Shown: in pieces, positions 1-13,411 of the stretch
Layout of the letters: every line of letters begins with the position of its first letter
Numbering within the stretch: the first letter of the stretch is position 1
Assembly (NCBI GenBank): GCA_024704765.1
Contig: JAKMXF010000077.1
Coordinates: 708,516-772,515 of the forward strand
Length of the DNA: 64,000 bases
Origin: Oopsacas minuta
Lineage: Eukaryota > Animalia > Porifera
Reading direction: 5' to 3'
Translations under genes and position numbers: made by a program
The notes under the pieces: model-generated
Database searches by the model: none
What the model was told of the DNA's origin: nothing
What the model saw: the letters and a program-made list of their open reading frames with translations, nothing else

Positions 1-117
1 AAACTAGAGCATGCAGAAAGAAACTGATTGCAGATTTGAAATCAGCATCCCAAAATTATATAGAATCAATTGAAAAATCTCATGCAACAAAAAATGAAAA
101 AAAATTGTTGAGCAGTG
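1..117 (+). mobile_element. 3' terminus of a Chapaev3-type DNA transposon (rest lies upstream of the window)
   Basis: Ends ...TTGTTGAGCAGTG followed by TAA. The subterminal CAGATTTGAAATCAGCATCCCAAA resembles the right end of the element at 18129-19334 (CAGATTTGGATTCAGCATGGCC...CAGTG). Confidence 0.7.
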
Positions 118-2259
118 TAATTAAAACTTCAATTAGATCTGTATGCGAAGACCTCTCAAGATTTTTGATCTTCCTGAGATCGAACTTAGTCTAACCCGGA
201 ATGAACATAGAATACTTGAATTAAGAATAGAAAGTTCCACTAATTAGAATGATTTATTCACCCAAAAAGAATTTTCGAGGTAGATTTATCATCCGACAAA
301 AGAAAACACACTCTCAATTAGTATCAAGGCTTATTGTTTTACACTGGAATTGTTAGATTCTATATATTGGTCGACGAACCTGTAAATAAACTACATTTTT
401 CTAAGCTAAATTTTGATAATTATCCAGAAAAAGAATGATCTAGTCCTATGTGCGGACAATCATTAGATAATATTAGAAACCATGGTAAGGAGATAGGAAT
501 CACCAGAGGTTTAATGAACCTTAGTTTGGACCTGACTCTAAATCTAATGAGTCTCGTTTTCTGTAAAGAAATTATCTCCTCCGTAAATTCAGCAATATGG
601 AATAAAGAATATCTGTTGAAATTCCACTTTCCTTCTTGATCAACATGAGATTAAGGACAAAAGCACATAAGCTTATATAGACTTTCCAAAGTTTGTGAGG
701 ATAAGCAAGGACAATCGATAACTTAGTTGAACATTTTGAACTCTTAAATTAATATGTAATATAGACATACAAATGTAGGATTTATCAGAGATATCAAGAT
801 ACCCATAATGCTATAGATATCAACTCGTTGAACTTCAACTGACTACAAGGATATTACAATTAGGCCTACGCTAATATGTATACATCCCATAAGTTTGAAT
901 TATATGAGGAAGGTATTTCATACACAAGTATTCAAGTTTTCAGGAACTTTGATCAACCAAATTCCTTAATAACGACTTCTGATTGGAACCATGTCAATTT
1001 ATATTAAATACGAAAGGTAAAATAATAGTTTTAACCGCATGGATACGACTAAATTCCATTAATTAAGTAGACATAATTATATAGGCACTAGAAAAGTAAT
1101 ATTAGGAGAAATTTTAAAGGCCAGCGCTACCGTGGGTGTCGTGGTTGTCTGGAAACTCACTGCCACGAAAGAGCTTTGGATAATTCCCTATTGTAAAGGC
1201 AGTTAAGAGACCCAATAACCATTATGATGGACAGTCAGAAGCGTTAATAGGCGGTGCGGACCCGAATAATGAACAATTTCAATAGAATACTGAATTTAGG
1301 GACGGAAGAAATCATGTTATAACTAAATGGTCAAAACCAAGAAAGCTAATCAATCTAACGATCATGTATTTGTTGCAATGGGTCTTACAATGTCAAAAGC
1401 AACTATTCCGAGAATAACCTAGTCGGATAATATAACAAACACATCAAGCATGGCCTACTATATACACGACTAGTTAAGCAAAGATTTGCAGTTATCATTA
1501 CCTAATTCAGTATAATTAGGTTTCCACATACGAGGTAGACATCTAGAATACTTTTTAACATGCTGTTCATGTTATTTTAACCACACGCAATCAAATAATA
1601 AAAACCAATATTATCGAAACCCACAAATCTCATAAAAAGAATCATGAATGGATTATCTTAGCACAAAACACAATAGATAGAAAGTATTAAATAAACTTAT
1701 AGAATATTTAACAATTATGACATATTTTGGGCTCACAAATATTTTTTGATCTAATCTCTTCTATTGCTAAGATTGACTTTTAACGTTGTTTTACGGCGAA
1801 TATCACTAAATAATAATATTAAAAGATTGTTTATCAAAATGAAAATTATCTTTTGGTTACTTAAACTAATTTATAACAAATAGAAATTATTTTGCTGAAA
1901 AAGATTTTCCTTCAGTTTTGAGCATTTCGGAAATTTGACAAATAGGAAAAGCATCAACATATATGGGCGTGAACTCTTAATGCTTCATTGTGGGAAATAT
2001 AACCAGTAAAGCAGGTTCAAATGTATTCTAGTTCTCTCAGCCGTAGGCGCAATTATATTTATGCTAGAATTTGTAATGATAACGGCAATTCCTCATGATC
2101 AAAGAGAATATACTCAGTATTTTGTCAATTCTTTGCTTAGCTAGCCGTGTATATTGTAAGCTATGCATTTTGTATACCCATTATACGGTTAATGCGTTTG
2201 TACAACTTGTCCGAAATCTAATGTGACAACAAGAAAGGAAAATCCACAAAAAAGGTTAC

Positions 2260-2502
2260 CTGAACTAAAAAGATTCAAATGTGCCGGTTGTTGAGAATAG
2301 TAAAGAGAATCAGTACAAACATAATCTCTTGAAGAGCTGAATGTAAGTTGAGAAATATATAATGACTTAGTCAGATCTGGAATAGGACTATCCCAATAAT
2401 AATGTGAGGAAGATGAATTGCATTGTAAATATATATCATTAGTGCCAATTGGAAGAGTACAGTTGCCAAAATTAGTAGTACATAACGCAAAAGGAGAATT
2501 GG
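2260..2502 (-). CDS. Intact Ig-like domain exon (81 codons, phase 1-1) of an Ig/FN3 receptor-like gene
   Basis: Acceptor TTTTTCAAG| and donor CAG|GTAACC; 243 nt, open. Peptide has YLQC..YYW..LYISQL..RDYVC, the Ig B/C/E/F strand pattern. Confidence 0.75.
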
Positions 2503-3699
2503 CTTGAAAAACGAAAATAAGCACTGGAGATAGAAAAAAACGAAATAATTAAAAGGTTAAACTGAAATAGTAAGGAAGATACAAAGTCCTGAATACTGAA
2601 GTGTAGAGAATTGGAAGAGGCACACGAAGGCATACCAACTGACTCAGGGGGCATAGTAACTTTCTCTGATATTTTTCTATGCTGACTATACTATCATATA
2701 ACTGGCAGACTTCCGGAAGATATGAAAGTCCTACCCATAACTATTTCAATATACATACACAAGGGACTTTTGTGGAGGTATCAGTGAATCATGGAAATTT
2801 CCGAAATCTGATGGATATATCTATGCATGGAAATCCATAGATATTTCTCTAAACAGATACCTACAAATCTTCAAAAATAGATAATTATCTTGTAAAATTC
2901 AAGGCTATGTATAAACTTTGTAAGATTTATAGGATATGATGTGGGTAAATGTAATAGAGGGATGAAGGAACTATTTGACTACGTTTGTTACATTTGATGA
3001 AAAAACCTATGAAAACCTTACAATTACTAGTCTTATCCAGCAAGAATTAGCGATATAAATAGATAATTAGCTAATTAGTTATAAAATTGCTAATTGAACA
3101 AATTGAAATATATGGAATGGGAAAATTCTAAAAGCAAATTCAAATTTTGGAGTCTGCATAAATATTTAGAATTGTTAGAGCAAAAAAATTTCTAATATGT
3201 TTAGTGTGAATATTGTTAACCAAGATTGTCAAAAGATTCGGTTTTCTAATGCGTATGCATACGCATGTTCGCGGAATAGCCAGGATAGGATATAAATACT
3301 GGACAGTATGCCACCGTTATGATCACTCAGTTAGCATAAGTTCTCAAATAATACTTGATGATAAGAAAGATTGTCATGATTACTAAAGTAGTTCATGTAT
3401 ATATCTTTAAAGATAAGTTGACGGAAAGAAATAGCATTACGGTTAATTACATGCGTTGGACATTTGTCGGGCGTGCGTCTCCACAAAGATATTCGAAAGG
3501 ACATCGAGTGATACTATTCGAGAAAAAGCAAACTTTGGTATGGGTCTCTAGATAAAAATATGTAATAGAAATGCCCCGGAAAATTTAAGCTATTCGAAAT
3601 TAGAAAACTTCTACAAATTTCACGATTCAGGAATTCTAATATAACAAACATTTTGTCTGCTAAAAATTACTAAAAATTATATCTGTAACACCTTGCAAT

Positions 3700-3960
3700 A
3701 CATAAGTTATATTTACAATTCTATACTTCTGGTGCAGAATTGTATTGAATTGTAAATTGTATCTACAATTCAATACAGCCCTGCATCAGAAAGATTTGGT
3801 AGAACAATGTTTCTAGATACAATGGTACACATATAATGAACAAATTCGGACATTCAAATTCATTCGCTAAAAACTTTATTCTATATACGTAAGATATAAC
3901 CGTATTCAGAATAAATAAATATGCAATTAATGTAAACTGGACTGTAAGCATACTTAGTTA
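3700..3960 (-). pseudogene. Degenerate Ig exon
   Basis: NEFECPNL in one frame and SRNIVLPNLSDAGLY* in another; the DxGxYxC motif is broken by a stop and a frameshift. Confidence 0.55.
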
Positions 3961-4909
3961 TACTCGTAAATTCGATTGATGAGTGTGAATTTTAACTTTT
4001 GACCCTGGGGTAAATCCTAAGATACGTTACGTCAACTTAAAGATATGATGGAATATTCATTGACAAATTTAGCCCGAACGCCACCTAACATAATTTCATA
4101 AGTTTGTCAAGTATATTATATAATACATAAACAAATGCCAGCAATATTGTCTGTATAATAATTGGACACATGGCGGTTTTCAAATACTTATGACCAGTCA
4201 GTAGACTATCCTGTTATGATTATCCCTTCTATCTGTATATTTTTGAGTTCAGTACAATTTGATACGTTAGTTTTCCATATCATGTTAGTATAGTGTTTTA
4301 GATTATTTGAATACTAGAAAAAAGGGTAATATAGAAGTAGAGAACATTTCTAGGATAATCTATATTATTTATAGATCTGTTTTGTGTCTTTTGTTCGGAA
4401 TTGATGGAGGAACTGGTAAGAGCTAAAAACGTTTGGATGCGTTTGGAATGTGACAAATCAAGGAACAAATTCTAAGATCTAAAGGATATCTCAAAAACTA
4501 TATGAGATAAGAGTCAAAATTGGCCTATCAGATTCAAGGGATACCAATTGTGGTAAAATTACTCTATCAAATGTGAGACTTTAAACCAGTTGAATTAGGA
4601 TACAAAAAGTACTCAAAAGTTCTCATTGGGCAAAGTTTTTCAAACTCCAATTTGTCAAACATGTACCTATGATTTGTTTATTGAAAAACACGCATTGATT
4701 TGCCTGTGTAACAGCACAATGTTGTGTACGATATATACTCAACGAAAATGTGTTTTGGAATATAAAATGAGATAGTATAGAGAGAAAGAGCTCAGCACTA
4801 CTATAACACAGTTCTTGCTCATAGTAGTGTGAAGTATATGGAAACGATGGAAATTTGAAGAATAAAGTAAACTAATCCAATTTCAGGAAATATATAGCCA
4901 CCAAAGTTA

Positions 4910-4938
4910 TGGCAGGAGTGGATTCGAACCCGAGGCAG
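4910..4938 (-). other. tRNA 3'-half-like / SINE remnant containing a B-box
   Basis: Minus strand reads CTGCCTCGGGTTCGAATCCACTCCTGCCA (GGTTCGAATCC B-box, CCA-like end). No A-box or 5' half seen. Confidence 0.35.
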
Positions 4939-5590
4939 TAGGTTTCTAAACATTGATATGAATAACAAGGCTAAGAAACACAATAATCAACAAATATAAG
5001 ATGCTATGCAAAAGCATAAGTCCACATTTAAAAGCTTGTAAACACAAAACCACAATTAGGAGGCATAAACAATTTATCTAAACAAAATTCCCATCAACAA
5101 GAAACCAAAAAGCAAATACACGAACACTCATATTATATATTGCATTATACTCACAACAAATATGGAAAAATTGGGCTCTAGAGCTCCGTATATAATATTT
5201 CTTTAATAAATGGCAATGGCATTATATGTGACCATATTAATTGTTGCACATAAATTGACGAGGGAAATTAACATTAAGGATAAATACATCCAAATCTAAA
5301 ACTTTTAATCAATTATTGCGGGAACATTAATGAAATATTACTGGAATACACATGTAAACAGGTTAAATATATTTCAAAGAGTGAAGCGGGCAAAATGACA
5401 TATAATAACAAAAGGCAAAACGCGAAATACTTGTAAATATGGGCCACTTTCACAAAATGTAAGTGTATAAAGTAGAATGAATGATTGATTAATGTGGTCT
5501 ATAGAACCTCTACTTTGAGTCGTATTAATGTTGCATATACTGGATAGACTATATCTATACTAAGTCAAATAGGGGCTATTTCAACGTTAC

Positions 5591-5918
5591 GTAACACTAC
5601 AAGAGGCAGTGGTATGTGAAGCGTGACAGTCCCATTCTTTTGGTATTAACAAACGATCCAAATGAGTGACAAAAGGAGGGGATGTAAAATTTGTGGAATA
5701 TGCATACGGATGTTTAAACGAATCGATACATCAATAAGAATAGAAGAACACCCGAAGGGTAAACTCGTGTACATGAAATGTTCACGAGCCGCGCAAGAAA
5801 AGAAGGTGAATCATGCAACTAAGTATGTACCAACAATATTAATAATAAATTTCATTGGAATAGTACTTCGTTTCAGAAGAGTCTCATTATTGTGGTCTTT
5901 TGTAAAGCAGATAGGTAT
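5591..5918 (-). pseudogene. Degenerate Ig-like exon
   Basis: Flanked by TTTCTAG| and |GTAACG. Contains NISCT and EWDCHA fragments in different frames, with stops. Confidence 0.35.
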
Positions 5919-5989
5919 CTAGAAATCAGAGTAGTGATAAATCAATAAAGGTTAAACATCTATGTATTTATCAAAGAAAAATCTAGGGA

Positions 5990-6510
5990 GATACTTATCC
6001 AGGTAAAATTATCTTAGAATTCTTGCTCAAACGTAATTGCCAGATTCTACAATACGTTTAGTATTTGTTCTTGGCTTCACAAACTTTACCAAGTAAATTA
6101 GTTTTCAATTGGTTATACAATGCCCTATACCGCAAAGTATATGAGAGAGGGCTCGGTATAAGTATTTACGGTTACCGATTACTGGATATAGGTTAATACG
6201 CGTACAAAAAAAGGCAATAACCCTAAATTTAGCGAAAAAGAGAATTCTTGTAGACCGATATTTCTAAAGGGATCTTCATTTGTTCTAGCAGATTTTATTT
6301 CTCTACAATTTATACCTATACCTACCTTGTGCGAATTGTATTTACATGGATATAGTATATTGACAGACTCCGAAATAGAAAATGGGTGAGTAACTACCGA
6401 AATTCTATCTTGCCACGGACTAGTGAAGGTAGTACCAGTTAATGGCACCTCCATTAAAGAAAGCGTCAGTAGTGTCGTGGAGGGATTTCTAACGGATATA
6501 TTATATATTT
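5990..6510 (-). pseudogene. Degenerate tandem FN3 exon
   Basis: Acceptor AACTTAG|. ORF 6179-6544 reads EIYNISVRNPSTTLLTLSL..P (FN3 A/B strands) and later DPFRNIGLQEFSFSLNLG; downstream PLSYTLRYRAL lies in a shifted frame. Confidence 0.55.
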
Positions 6511-6932
6511 CTAAGTTGATATAAGAATACTTCTCTATAAACACGTTTCTAACTCATACATCTATCTACCTCATGAAGGGGAGTAGTTTCCCCCCATACT
6601 ATCACATAAAACCTCTATGGTTCTGTACTCAACTCAATGCTAGGTATATCTGGCTGTGACTGAAAATAGGATAGGGAGATGGTCAAAACTCTGAACCTGC
6701 CCTATATTGATGATGATACAGAAGGCAGGGCGAATTGGGAATTGCCTCCTTTTGAGGACAATAGGGAATGCTGTCTCCGAAGGCACCACCATTATGCGAG
6801 GAATAAATACTCATTTATCGCGATCTACAGATGTGGCCATTTCTACATCAATAACATGTTTACGAATGCTCTCACAGTCAAGCGAGAACCATTACACACA
6901 TCTGCGGAGGCAAACTAGTTGGTGTAATGGTA

Positions 6933-7915
6933 CAACGGGCGTTCAAAAAGTTCCCGACCTTGCTTATATAATATGTATATATAGGTTATTATATTACACA
7001 TCTGTATCATACCGAAACTTAATCTATTATCTATTCAGAATTAGTGGAAATTCACCATATCGTCAATAGTTTGCTAGTTGAGATTATTTCAAATTTCTTA
7101 GTTTTGACTATCCTTGTATTTACCAGTATTTATAGCTTCAAATTTGAAATTAGATAAAAGAACCTATATCATAATTAGAACGCTTCTTGGTATTGGCCCC
7201 AAGGATATTCTCATTGACTTTGAAGTTGTTTATGGAGATGCTAGCCTTTCATATACTATTGTGTAAGAGTGGGCCAAGCGGTTTCGTGAAGTAAGAGAGT
7301 CAATGGAAGATGAGGAACGAATCGGACGTCCGAGATCAGCCGTGACTAGCAGTAACACCTCAGAAATTCGCTGGAGGGTGTAAGTAGATCCTCATATCAC
7401 TGTTGAGGAGTTAGCTATGAGTGTCTTGATCTCAACGGTAGCGGTTCATTCCATACATATCGATGAGCTGAAGTTAGCAAAATTTGTTCATAGTGGATCC
7501 CCCATTCCCTTACAAAGGGCCAAAAGGACCGTCGGGTAACTTGCCCAAGAAAAATGCTCCCGAGTATAAAGACTCGGATCCAAGAAGGTTGGCAGAAATC
7601 ATTACTGGTGACGAGACTTGGATAAGATATGACGAACCACTATCCAAAGAAAGAAATAAGGTATGGGTCGTAAAAGTGAGGCGCCTCCTCTCAATCCTAG
7701 GCCAGACTTCAGAGATCAGATGGTCCTGTAGTCAATTTTCTTTGATGCACATTGCCCAGTTACGCAGAATAACATACCAAAAGGGAAGACAATTATCGGT
7801 AACTTTTATGCCAACAGTTGCTCTCAGAAGTAGAAAACATTACAGGGAGCGGAGGCCAAAGTCTGTACCGCGGGGCATGCGATTATTGCACAATAATGCA
7901 CGGCATATGTACATA
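6933..7915 (+). mobile_element. 3'-truncated mariner (Tc1/mariner) transposon, degenerate
   Basis: TA|CAACGGGCGTTCAAAAAGTTCCC left TIR; IITGDETWIRYDEP and LLHNNAR motifs; frameshifts; no right TIR found. Confidence 0.85.
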
Positions 7916-8196
7916 CAATTTTGTCAAAGTCAGATGACTCTCTAGTTTAACATCTTCTGAAAAATCACCAAGATATATGCATGAGGGAGGCAACATTGAA
8001 ATTCAATAGTGTATGCATATGCTTTAGGCCTCCCTAGTACGTGTTTTACGCTCATCAATAAATTCACATAATTTCATTACGAGTACTCGAGACTTTCAAA
8101 TCAGGACAATATGTCTGTTTTTGGCTAAGTATGAGTGTAGATGTTATCTCTTCCCAATCTGTATTACACGTAATGTAATGAAATCATCAGGCTTAC

Positions 8197-8500
8197 CGTA
8201 TTGTCTGACTATGGACATGCAGCCGTGATATAATTCAAAAATATCTGCCAAGGACTACCGAGAAGGAAGAGGACAATATCAATCTTCTGCTAAATTCTCC
8301 AGGGTAAATATCTCGAATAGACAATACATCGCTAAGTCCGCTATATAGCTCTGTTCTGAGCTTCTTTTGACAAAATTGTAAAAGTTTAGTCTCACTGCTG
8401 TAACTATTGCAGCCATATCAACCAAGTATTGTAAAGAAGGTATAGAGACAATCATCGTCCGAAATTCGAAAATATAAATATATTGATAAAGTCAAAATAC
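8197..8500 (-). pseudogene. Degenerate Ig exon
   Basis: RRLILSSSFSVVLGRYF*II, with TGA at the conserved Cys of GxYxC; donor ACG|GTAAGC. Confidence 0.5.
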
Positions 8501-8559
8501 ATTTGCATATCATTAAGCATATGATATGGTAAAAAAACTTTACTATATCAATGTGCTTC

Positions 8560-9150
8560 CTCAAAATATCTTAAACAGCGCCAGATGAAAGCTTTAGGTA
8601 GTTGTCTTAATCATGCACTACTACATTTGTAAATACATAGAATATATTGGGAGCTTGAGTGACATTGTTCTAGGAAGTCATTGAAATTGTGTTCTGATTC
8701 AAGAGCATGTCAAATTGGCGCTGAGTATTCACAAACTCGAAGAATTCAGCCCTTGACTGTGGATTCCAAACATTATACAGCATAGTAATCAGTCTGAAAA
8801 TAGTAGACGATATATCGCGAATTAACACTGAGAATATGTTGTTCTTGATATAGTCTACGTATATATTTCGGTAGATATTGAAACATTTTGCAAGCAAAGA
8901 GTGCATACATAAGGTGATTGCTGTAGGGGGGTCAAATTGCTGAAACTTTGTAAAAGATCAATAGAGATGAATGCATGGGCGGCGGAAGTAAAGCGAGCAA
9001 TAACAACATGCTCGCATCCATATTTTGTCCGAAAAATTTGGGCATAAATTGTTTCGAAAAGTTACAATATTATTCTCGAGGTCTGGAAGTTTATTCAGAA
9101 TTGATTGAACCATAATATTGAGAAATTTTATTTGTGCTTGATACAATAGA
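8560..9150 (-). pseudogene. Degenerate tandem FN3 exon(s)
   Basis: NIVTFRNNLCPNFSDKIWMRA (NLxPxTxYxIxVxA-like), then FDPPTAITL (start of the next FN3) and NVWNP. Confidence 0.45.
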
Positions 9151-9699
9151 TGATGTATGCGTATAATGATATTGTTATTTCTTCGGAAGTGTCCCGGTTA
9201 ATTACGTACATATTGTATCGGATATAGTGATACAAATATTAAATACAGAAATAACACCAGCAATAATGAGGAAATTTCAGCGATACATATTTGATTCAAA
9301 ACGAAGATTTTCAATTACAATGAGCCAGTATATAGTATGTTCACTCAAAGTTAGTCCTATAGAAACGGGTATGGATCCTTCTTATATTGTTAGATAACAA
9401 AGTTTGGCAGGCGTTAAATCGAAATGGTACAATTAAGACTACGGCAGTAATCGGTTAAACACGATCTTATGGATGGGAACCAGCGGCATAATATTTCTTT
9501 CCAGTTTTTCACATATCTCTTGCAGATACATAAGATCATTCTCTTTTCAACAGAATTTGGAATATAATAGGAAATATACAGTAAAGATGCAAATCATCGT
9601 TTTTATTCAAGTTTAAAAGGTTAAGGTCATCAATTTGTTAATAGAAATAGTCTAGAACTATATATCAAGAATAGTTTCAGAATTATACACCGTTCAGAT

Positions 9700-9880
9700 A
9701 ATGAATTATCCAATGTCTATCCATTTGGAACTTTGGGTATTGTGTCAAGACATAAATTGGTGCTAGGGTTCAGATTAGGCAGGTACTACAATGTCACCAT
9801 TCATGTATACCCAATATCTACTGTAGATCATAAATTCTTAGGAAATATCGATATATAGTTCCAATTCTAGGAACGGGAAG
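9700..9880 (-). pseudogene. C-terminal half of an FN3 exon separated from its N-terminal half by TE insertions
   Basis: LPNLNPSTNLCLDTIPKVPNG* resembles LxNLxPSTxYxVxVxA..G. Confidence 0.4.
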
Positions 9881-9886
9881 GACAAG

Positions 9887-9980
9887 AGGGGCGGCATCCC
9901 CGATACAGCCGGTACAGCAAGCGTTGTACCACTTTTCGGGTTGGACCGTCGTCGCCGTACCTCAATCCGGCTGGCAAATT
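9887..9980 (+). mobile_element. Orphan GC-rich hAT/MITE-like terminus
   Basis: AGGGGCGGCATCCCGATACAGCCGGTACAGCAAGCGTTGTACC; GC island in AT-rich DNA, cut off by the adjacent mariner. Confidence 0.4.
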
Positions 9981-9982
9981 TA

Positions 9983-11319
9983 TCAGGGCGTTTACTAAGT
10001 CTTGCGGGTCATGATATATCTTAGGAATTAGTCAAGTAATATATCTAACTTTCTTTCATATAATATAAGCCCATATAGTACACTCCATATACTGAAAGTT
10101 TCAAGCTTATTCAATACAAATTATGAATTTTTGAGATAGTTACATGTAGTCAATTTATACCCACTGTTGAATTTATGGCTTCAAAGGATGATCATTTCAA
10201 CCTCAAATGGCGAGCTTACATAGAGTTTCCTACAATACTCATGATCCAGCCCGTAGATAGAGATCTTCAGCGAGTTAGAGGAGATATTGTGCGTGGACTG
10301 CCCTTCCAGATCTACTGTAGAGCGATGGCTGCCCGTTTTAGATCTGGTGATGCCGATGTCACAGATTTGCCTCGATCTGGAAGACCGGTATCCGCCACCA
10401 CTTCAGAGTATATCGCACTTATTGAAAGTATGGTCATGGAAGACAAGTGCATTACTGTCAATCAGTTAGAACAAAGTATGGAGATTTCATCGGGAGCTAT
10501 TCATACAATTCTGACGACTGATCTTGGCTACCAATCGATTTGTGGGAATGGGTCCCGCATAAGCTCAGTGAGAATCAAAGGTTGGCACGGCTGAATATTG
10601 CCAAGAAACTCTTGGAAACTTATGAGAACTGCGATTCTAGACGCCTAACAGAGATTATTACTGGTGACGGGACGTGGGTGTACTATTCAACACCAAATAG
10701 CAAGTATAAGAAGCGAGCATGGGTGAGGGGCGACGAACAACCGGCCAAAATTCCTAGGCCCGACTTCAGAAAACCTAAGATTATGTATACCATCTTCTTC
10801 AGTAGTCATGGAATTGTCTTGCAATTACCTTGTGAGAGTGGCAAAGCTGTTGTTGCAACTTTCTTTACAGAGCAGGTGCTTCCAAATTTGATATAAAATA
10901 TAGAAATGTACCACCCGAAACCGGAGCTCGAGGAATGAAGATTTTAATTGATAACGCCAGTTCCCATACAGCTAAGCTTACCAAAAATTTCTTGGATGTA
11001 GAAGGGTTAGAATTACTTCCCCATCCACCATACTCACCAGACCTAGCTCCGTGTAATTTTTGGCTATCCCCCAAGCTTGAAATCTGCCTTCAAGGCAAAG
11101 ATTTTAACACATTACAAGCAATTGGAACGGACCTATACCGGTACTCCAAATCCATCCCGAAGAAGAGACAGAAATGTGTTTTACATGTGGGTGGAAATGT
11201 TAAAACTTTGTGTATCTGCAGGAGGGGATTACTTTGAATAAATAATATAGTGAACTAGTGTGTATAGTGTTTGTATCATATTCTATGATATCACCCGCAT
11301 GACTTATTGAACGCCCTAG
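9983..11319 (+). mobile_element. Full-length degenerate mariner transposon (1337 bp)
   Basis: TA at 9981-82 and 11320-21. TIRs TCAGGGCGTTTACTAAGTCTTGCGGG / reverse complement CTAGGGCGTTCAATAAGTCATGCGGG. Motifs PRSGRP, WVPHKLS, ITGDGTW, DNASSH and HPPYSPDLAPCNFWL, split by frameshifts. Confidence 0.93.
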
Positions 11320-11324
11320 TAGTA

Positions 11325-11690
11325 GGTTCATACAGATGATGCGCATAAAGAAAGAGCATAGTCCATTAAATTGCATATTCATGACAGAAACGAATGACAT
11401 TGAAACAAAGAAAGGCGGAGCTGGAATACTAGAAATAAGTAATGGGGTCGCAGAACCTCAGGAAATTAAAGAGTTAGTCCTAATTGTAGGATTACACGCG
11501 TACCATATAAATACATATTTCCTGATGTACCAAATTACGAACTGGTATGCCGCGAATGGCGAAGTTTACCAAAAATCTGACCTTGTAAATCATAGAATAT
11601 TAGGCCATGACTGTTGTGCAAACATTCGTCGTCATATATTTCGTTGATAGTAAATATACCAATTTGTATTCACTTGTACAGGGTAATTCA
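11325..11690 (-). pseudogene. Degenerate FN3 exon (end of one repeat, start of the next)
   Basis: WYACNPTIRTNSLIS*GSATPLLISSIPAPPFFVSMSF; runs directly into the mariner TSD. Confidence 0.45.
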
Positions 11691-11815
11691 CCAATTCTAA
11701 CACAAAATTATGCATCTATTAATCAAAAATAAAGAACTATTCGGTTCAATATTTTAGAAGATAGTCAGGAATTTATGACATTTCTAAGTGAAATGGCGGA
11801 CTTGTTGAGTGATAC

Positions 11816-12119
11816 CTAAAGGAAAAAACAGATGCTGGAATTCTATCATTGTGTCCCGAGGTGGCGCAGGTGATGAAAATGCCATCCTCAGAATGTTCCA
11901 TCAAAGTCTATAAAACAATCCCCAAATTCCAGAAGAACTAAAAATGAAGTTAAAGACATTTTCTACAAACAAACATTGAGACTTAGGAGTAAAATAAAAT
12001 AGATAAAAGAATTTGGTATCAGCTTAAATCGGTTATGGTAAAAGAATCAAACTTTCAACATACCCATAATCAAACAAAATTGTTTGGTTGTAACCATTTC
12101 TCTCTTAGTTTTAATAAAT
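11816..12119 (-). pseudogene. Degenerate Ig exon
   Basis: TTTTTTAG| acceptor and TTTAG|GTATC donor; HSEDGIFITCATSG (DGxFxC-like); internal stops. Confidence 0.5.
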
Positions 12120-12590
12120 CTAAAAAAATACATATCATACGAGACCAAGTTTATCAACATTTCTTGTTAATGTGTTGAATTCAAATAATTATTTTGGGAG
12201 TGAATTGGTGAAACAACCTGTACAATGCTAACAAAATTCCACCAAGGAACATTCTCTCTCTATTTTGATCTCCTTCTGGCTAGAGACACAAGGTGATATT
12301 AGCGAGAAAAAATAAATTAGCAATAAATTATAGAAATTTGTCCTTTAGTTCGGTGATTAAAGAAATCCCAAGAAATTCATGTAAATCATACAATATTGAA
12401 AGAACATTAGGGCAAATGAGAAATGCTCACACCTTTGTAGAAATGCTTCCGCCCCACTGAGCTGGGTAAGTAGCTCAAATAGGGATTCACCTTGCGAATA
12501 CAGAAAAATTTACAAGATTCAAAAGGTTGAATATGAATATACAATCTAGACAAATATGCTGGAATGTATGAAAAGAAATAATATTTGTAC

Positions 12591-12854
12591 CTGGGACAAT
12601 AATATCAACTTTTATAGAGACAGTGTTGTAAAACTTCTTCCTACATTCATACCTCCCGATGTCAGAAAATAAAAAGTTTTCTATGGAGAAACTTTGTAAA
12701 GATTTCCCATTAGGTAATATCAATTCAGGATCTTCCACTTGGCAAGAAAAACTCATAGTTGAAAATAGAGGAACTGTGTAGAATTCAACTCTACCAAGAA
12801 CAAGATCTCTTTGGATTGTTATGGAAGCATTCTCAATCAGGATAACAAGATAAA
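12591..12854 (-). CDS. Intact signal-peptide tail plus Ig domain exon (88 codons, phase 1-1)
   Basis: Acceptor TTTTTAG|TT and donor CCAG|GTACAA; 264 nt, open. YLVILIENAS then MSFSC..FSIENFLFSDIGRYEC. A possible leader (ATG, MSSTYSYLMFL) lies near 12920-12953. Confidence 0.8.
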
Positions 12855-13411
12855 CTAAAAATATTAAAGTAAAAGGAAACTCGGTTGAATGACATGATAG
12901 ATAAACTGCGTGTATACACAAAGAAACATGAGGTAAGAATATGTAGAAGACATGGCTTAGTTTAGGAGTTGTTGTTATATTATTTGTTGTGAAGAAAGTA
13001 TGAATTCACTTATAGCGATTGAATTGTATTTTCATGTCACAATGAAGTTTGAAATTCAGAGCATATCTGTCATGAAAGATAATATATTGGAAATTTCAAT
13101 GTAATTTGGACTTATCCCTGGCCCAAAATTTGAGCATTATTAAGATTTGGTGAAATAAATACTCGTGGAGTCCCTTTTGAATTTTTCGATATATAATACA
13201 TTTTCTGCGCATCATCGCATATATTCCCGAATATTGTTATCCATAATACAAAAAACGTAAACTAATAAATTATAGTAGCTGTGATGTTAGATAGATGGTA
13301 CGTTATGGTCGGAATAAATGTAGAATTGAAACTTGGCATGATTAGGAAGCAATGGCGAAATAGTGCTCTGGGTTTCTAGAATATGTGAGATAATAAATAT
13401 AGGTAATCAAG

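Noticed and set aside
11336-11647. 103-aa plus-strand ORF (and similar short ORFs such as 448-639, 5662-5922, 41636-41923) as host genes
   Set aside because: No recognisable domain; several are antisense to Ig/FN3 pseudo-exons or are chance AT-rich ORFs.
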